A stretch of 64,000 nt of DNA from Trichosphaerium sp. ATCC 40318 (Eukaryota > Protista > Tubulinea). Shown here in pieces: positions 62,456-64,000 of the stretch. The stretch's first letter is position 1, and each line of letters opens with the position of its first letter. The stretch lies in NCBI GenBank assembly GCA_038496445.1, contig JALMLS010000455.1:1-64000 (forward strand). The letters are read 5' to 3'. The notes under the pieces were generated by a model that was given only the letters and a program-made list of their open reading frames with translations, searched no databases and was not told the origin of the DNA. The position numbers and the translations under genes were made by a program.

Positions 62456-64000
62456 ATGCGCAACGTGGCTGTTTGCGTGCTATGTTACGCACTAGTGTAC
62501 TTACTGGCACCTGCCATTGGTGTAGAAGATAAAGTTGATGAATTAATACTCACTTCAACAACGGATCCATTCTCAAGCCTTACATACTCAGAACTACGAT
62601 CACGGTGGTCTGAACCACCGCAAATTAATAAAGCTGCAATAGAAAAGGCATGGACACATCAAGTAGACATTGAAGTGGTTATAGTGCGTACTAACCAATC
62701 ATCGAGCCTCTCAAAGGTACTTGTAGTAGCTTTTATTATGACAAGTGTCACTTAAAAATATTTCTTACATTGTCGCTAGCGTGCTCTCTCTAAGCTCCTT
62801 TCGAGCCGCGGGTATAAATTAGCGCATAGTACAGCAGATGCAGTGCGCTGGGGCTTTAAGCCAGTTTACACCGTTACAGAGGTTGGCAAGGACTTTCTAT
62901 TCAGCGTACAAACAAGAGTAAGCGTTTTCTTTGCTCAGAATGACCACAAGTAACCATTTTCTCTCAAGCGTTCTTGGACAACTCAGGTGGATATGGCCAG
63001 GCCTATTTCTACTTCAGACATAAACCAGGAGCTAGCAAAGGAATACCAACGTAACAGATCAGGATACGTAATTTATGTTCTTGACATGCCTGGGTACATG
63101 CTCATTTTGTGATACTGAAGCTGTACTCATATTACAAGTAGATCAGAACCACATACATTTAGTATTACTGGAAGTGATTGCAAAACGGTACACAAGCGTG
63201 ATGAGTAAAAACAAATTAAACAAGAATGTCAAGTTTTTGTTTTTAAAACAACATGGTTTTCGATTTGAAAAGACTTTCTAAGATTGTATGGCTAGGGTAT
63301 GGATATTAACGATCAAGGAGATGAGCGGTTCATATGGTTTGATATTTCCACTAACAAGACAACTTATGGTCCAAGGAATTTTGGCACTGGAAGACAGGTA
63401 ATAATTTATTCTAACTGAGTTGTTTTCTTTTTGGTTGCATTATACCAATTGTGATTACACCATCACGTGATTTATTTTTTTTTCCTTTGTAGGGTCTGGC
63501 TACATTACCAGAAGGATTTGATTCGCGTACAGATGTAGAATTGGCCACTGTAGAGCTAGCCTCGTTTATAGAGCGTTCAACAGAACTAGTACTTTGGCAA
63601 GTTCTAAAAAGAACTCAACAACACCATGAGGATATTCACGTTTTCCATCTTCACTCTGAAAGATCCGTGATATCTCCATTTGATGTTGTCGTACAGAAAT
63701 TATTCAACAAACTAAAAGAAGTCATGCCACACATGAGTACGAACGAGAACTCTTATTTCTTCTTGTAGAAATGTTAACTTATTGAAAACAGAGGTTCCAA
63801 ATCTTAGTTCTTCGGATGTTGTACTTGATGAAGATACTTGGATTTCATCTGCTGTTGCTCATTCTATGCGTGGCGAAGGGGCTGCTTTCATACTTGGTAT
63901 TAAACGAAAAGTTTTACACTAGTACTAATACCTCCTCTAGAGTCTGGCATGCTACACAAACACATAAAAAAGTACCTTGAAAGAAAAGGTATTTCAGACG
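62456..64000 (+). CDS. Secreted or membrane hypothetical protein, runs off the window
   Basis: Signal peptide MRNVAVCVLCYALVYLLAPAIG; spliced exons including YVIYVLDMP and RFIWFDISTNKTTYGPRNFGTG. Confidence 0.7.

Overview
Gene-dense, AT-rich eukaryotic DNA with short introns (typical donor GTACGT, several GC-AG introns) and the standard genetic code. It looks like a protist, possibly an amoebozoan; that is inference. Bases ~8,880-64,000 hold about 24 mostly housekeeping genes: proteasome PSMB4 and PSMD3, CtIP/SAE2, an OB-fold protein, acyl-CoA dehydrogenase, VID27, G-alpha, TRAX, Gemin7, GNL1, SIN3, an amino-acid transporter, DEX1-like, RGS, MRPL34, VPS10 and YLPM1-like. There are also two repeat-plus-PD-(D/E)XK paralogues and one tRNA-Tyr. 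Three things stand out. (1) Bases 1-~8,800 are a compositionally foreign, CpG-depleted, element-like block. It carries a >940-aa orphan gene of at least 14 exons, whose introns hold a repeated 18-bp palindrome (GACCGCGAGCTCGCGGTC) inside CpG-rich islets. It also has telomere-like repeat clusters in inverted arrangement and several hairpins. (2) A ~0.85-kb structured non-coding interval (31.65-32.5 kb, minus strand) has the element order of a telomerase RNA: boundary hairpin, CCUAACCCUAA template, structured domains, Sm site, then 5' splice-site motifs. (3) Two inverted partial copies of the tRNA-Tyr locus both break at the same B-box/T-loop position. Gene models were spliced by eye and their coordinates are approximate.
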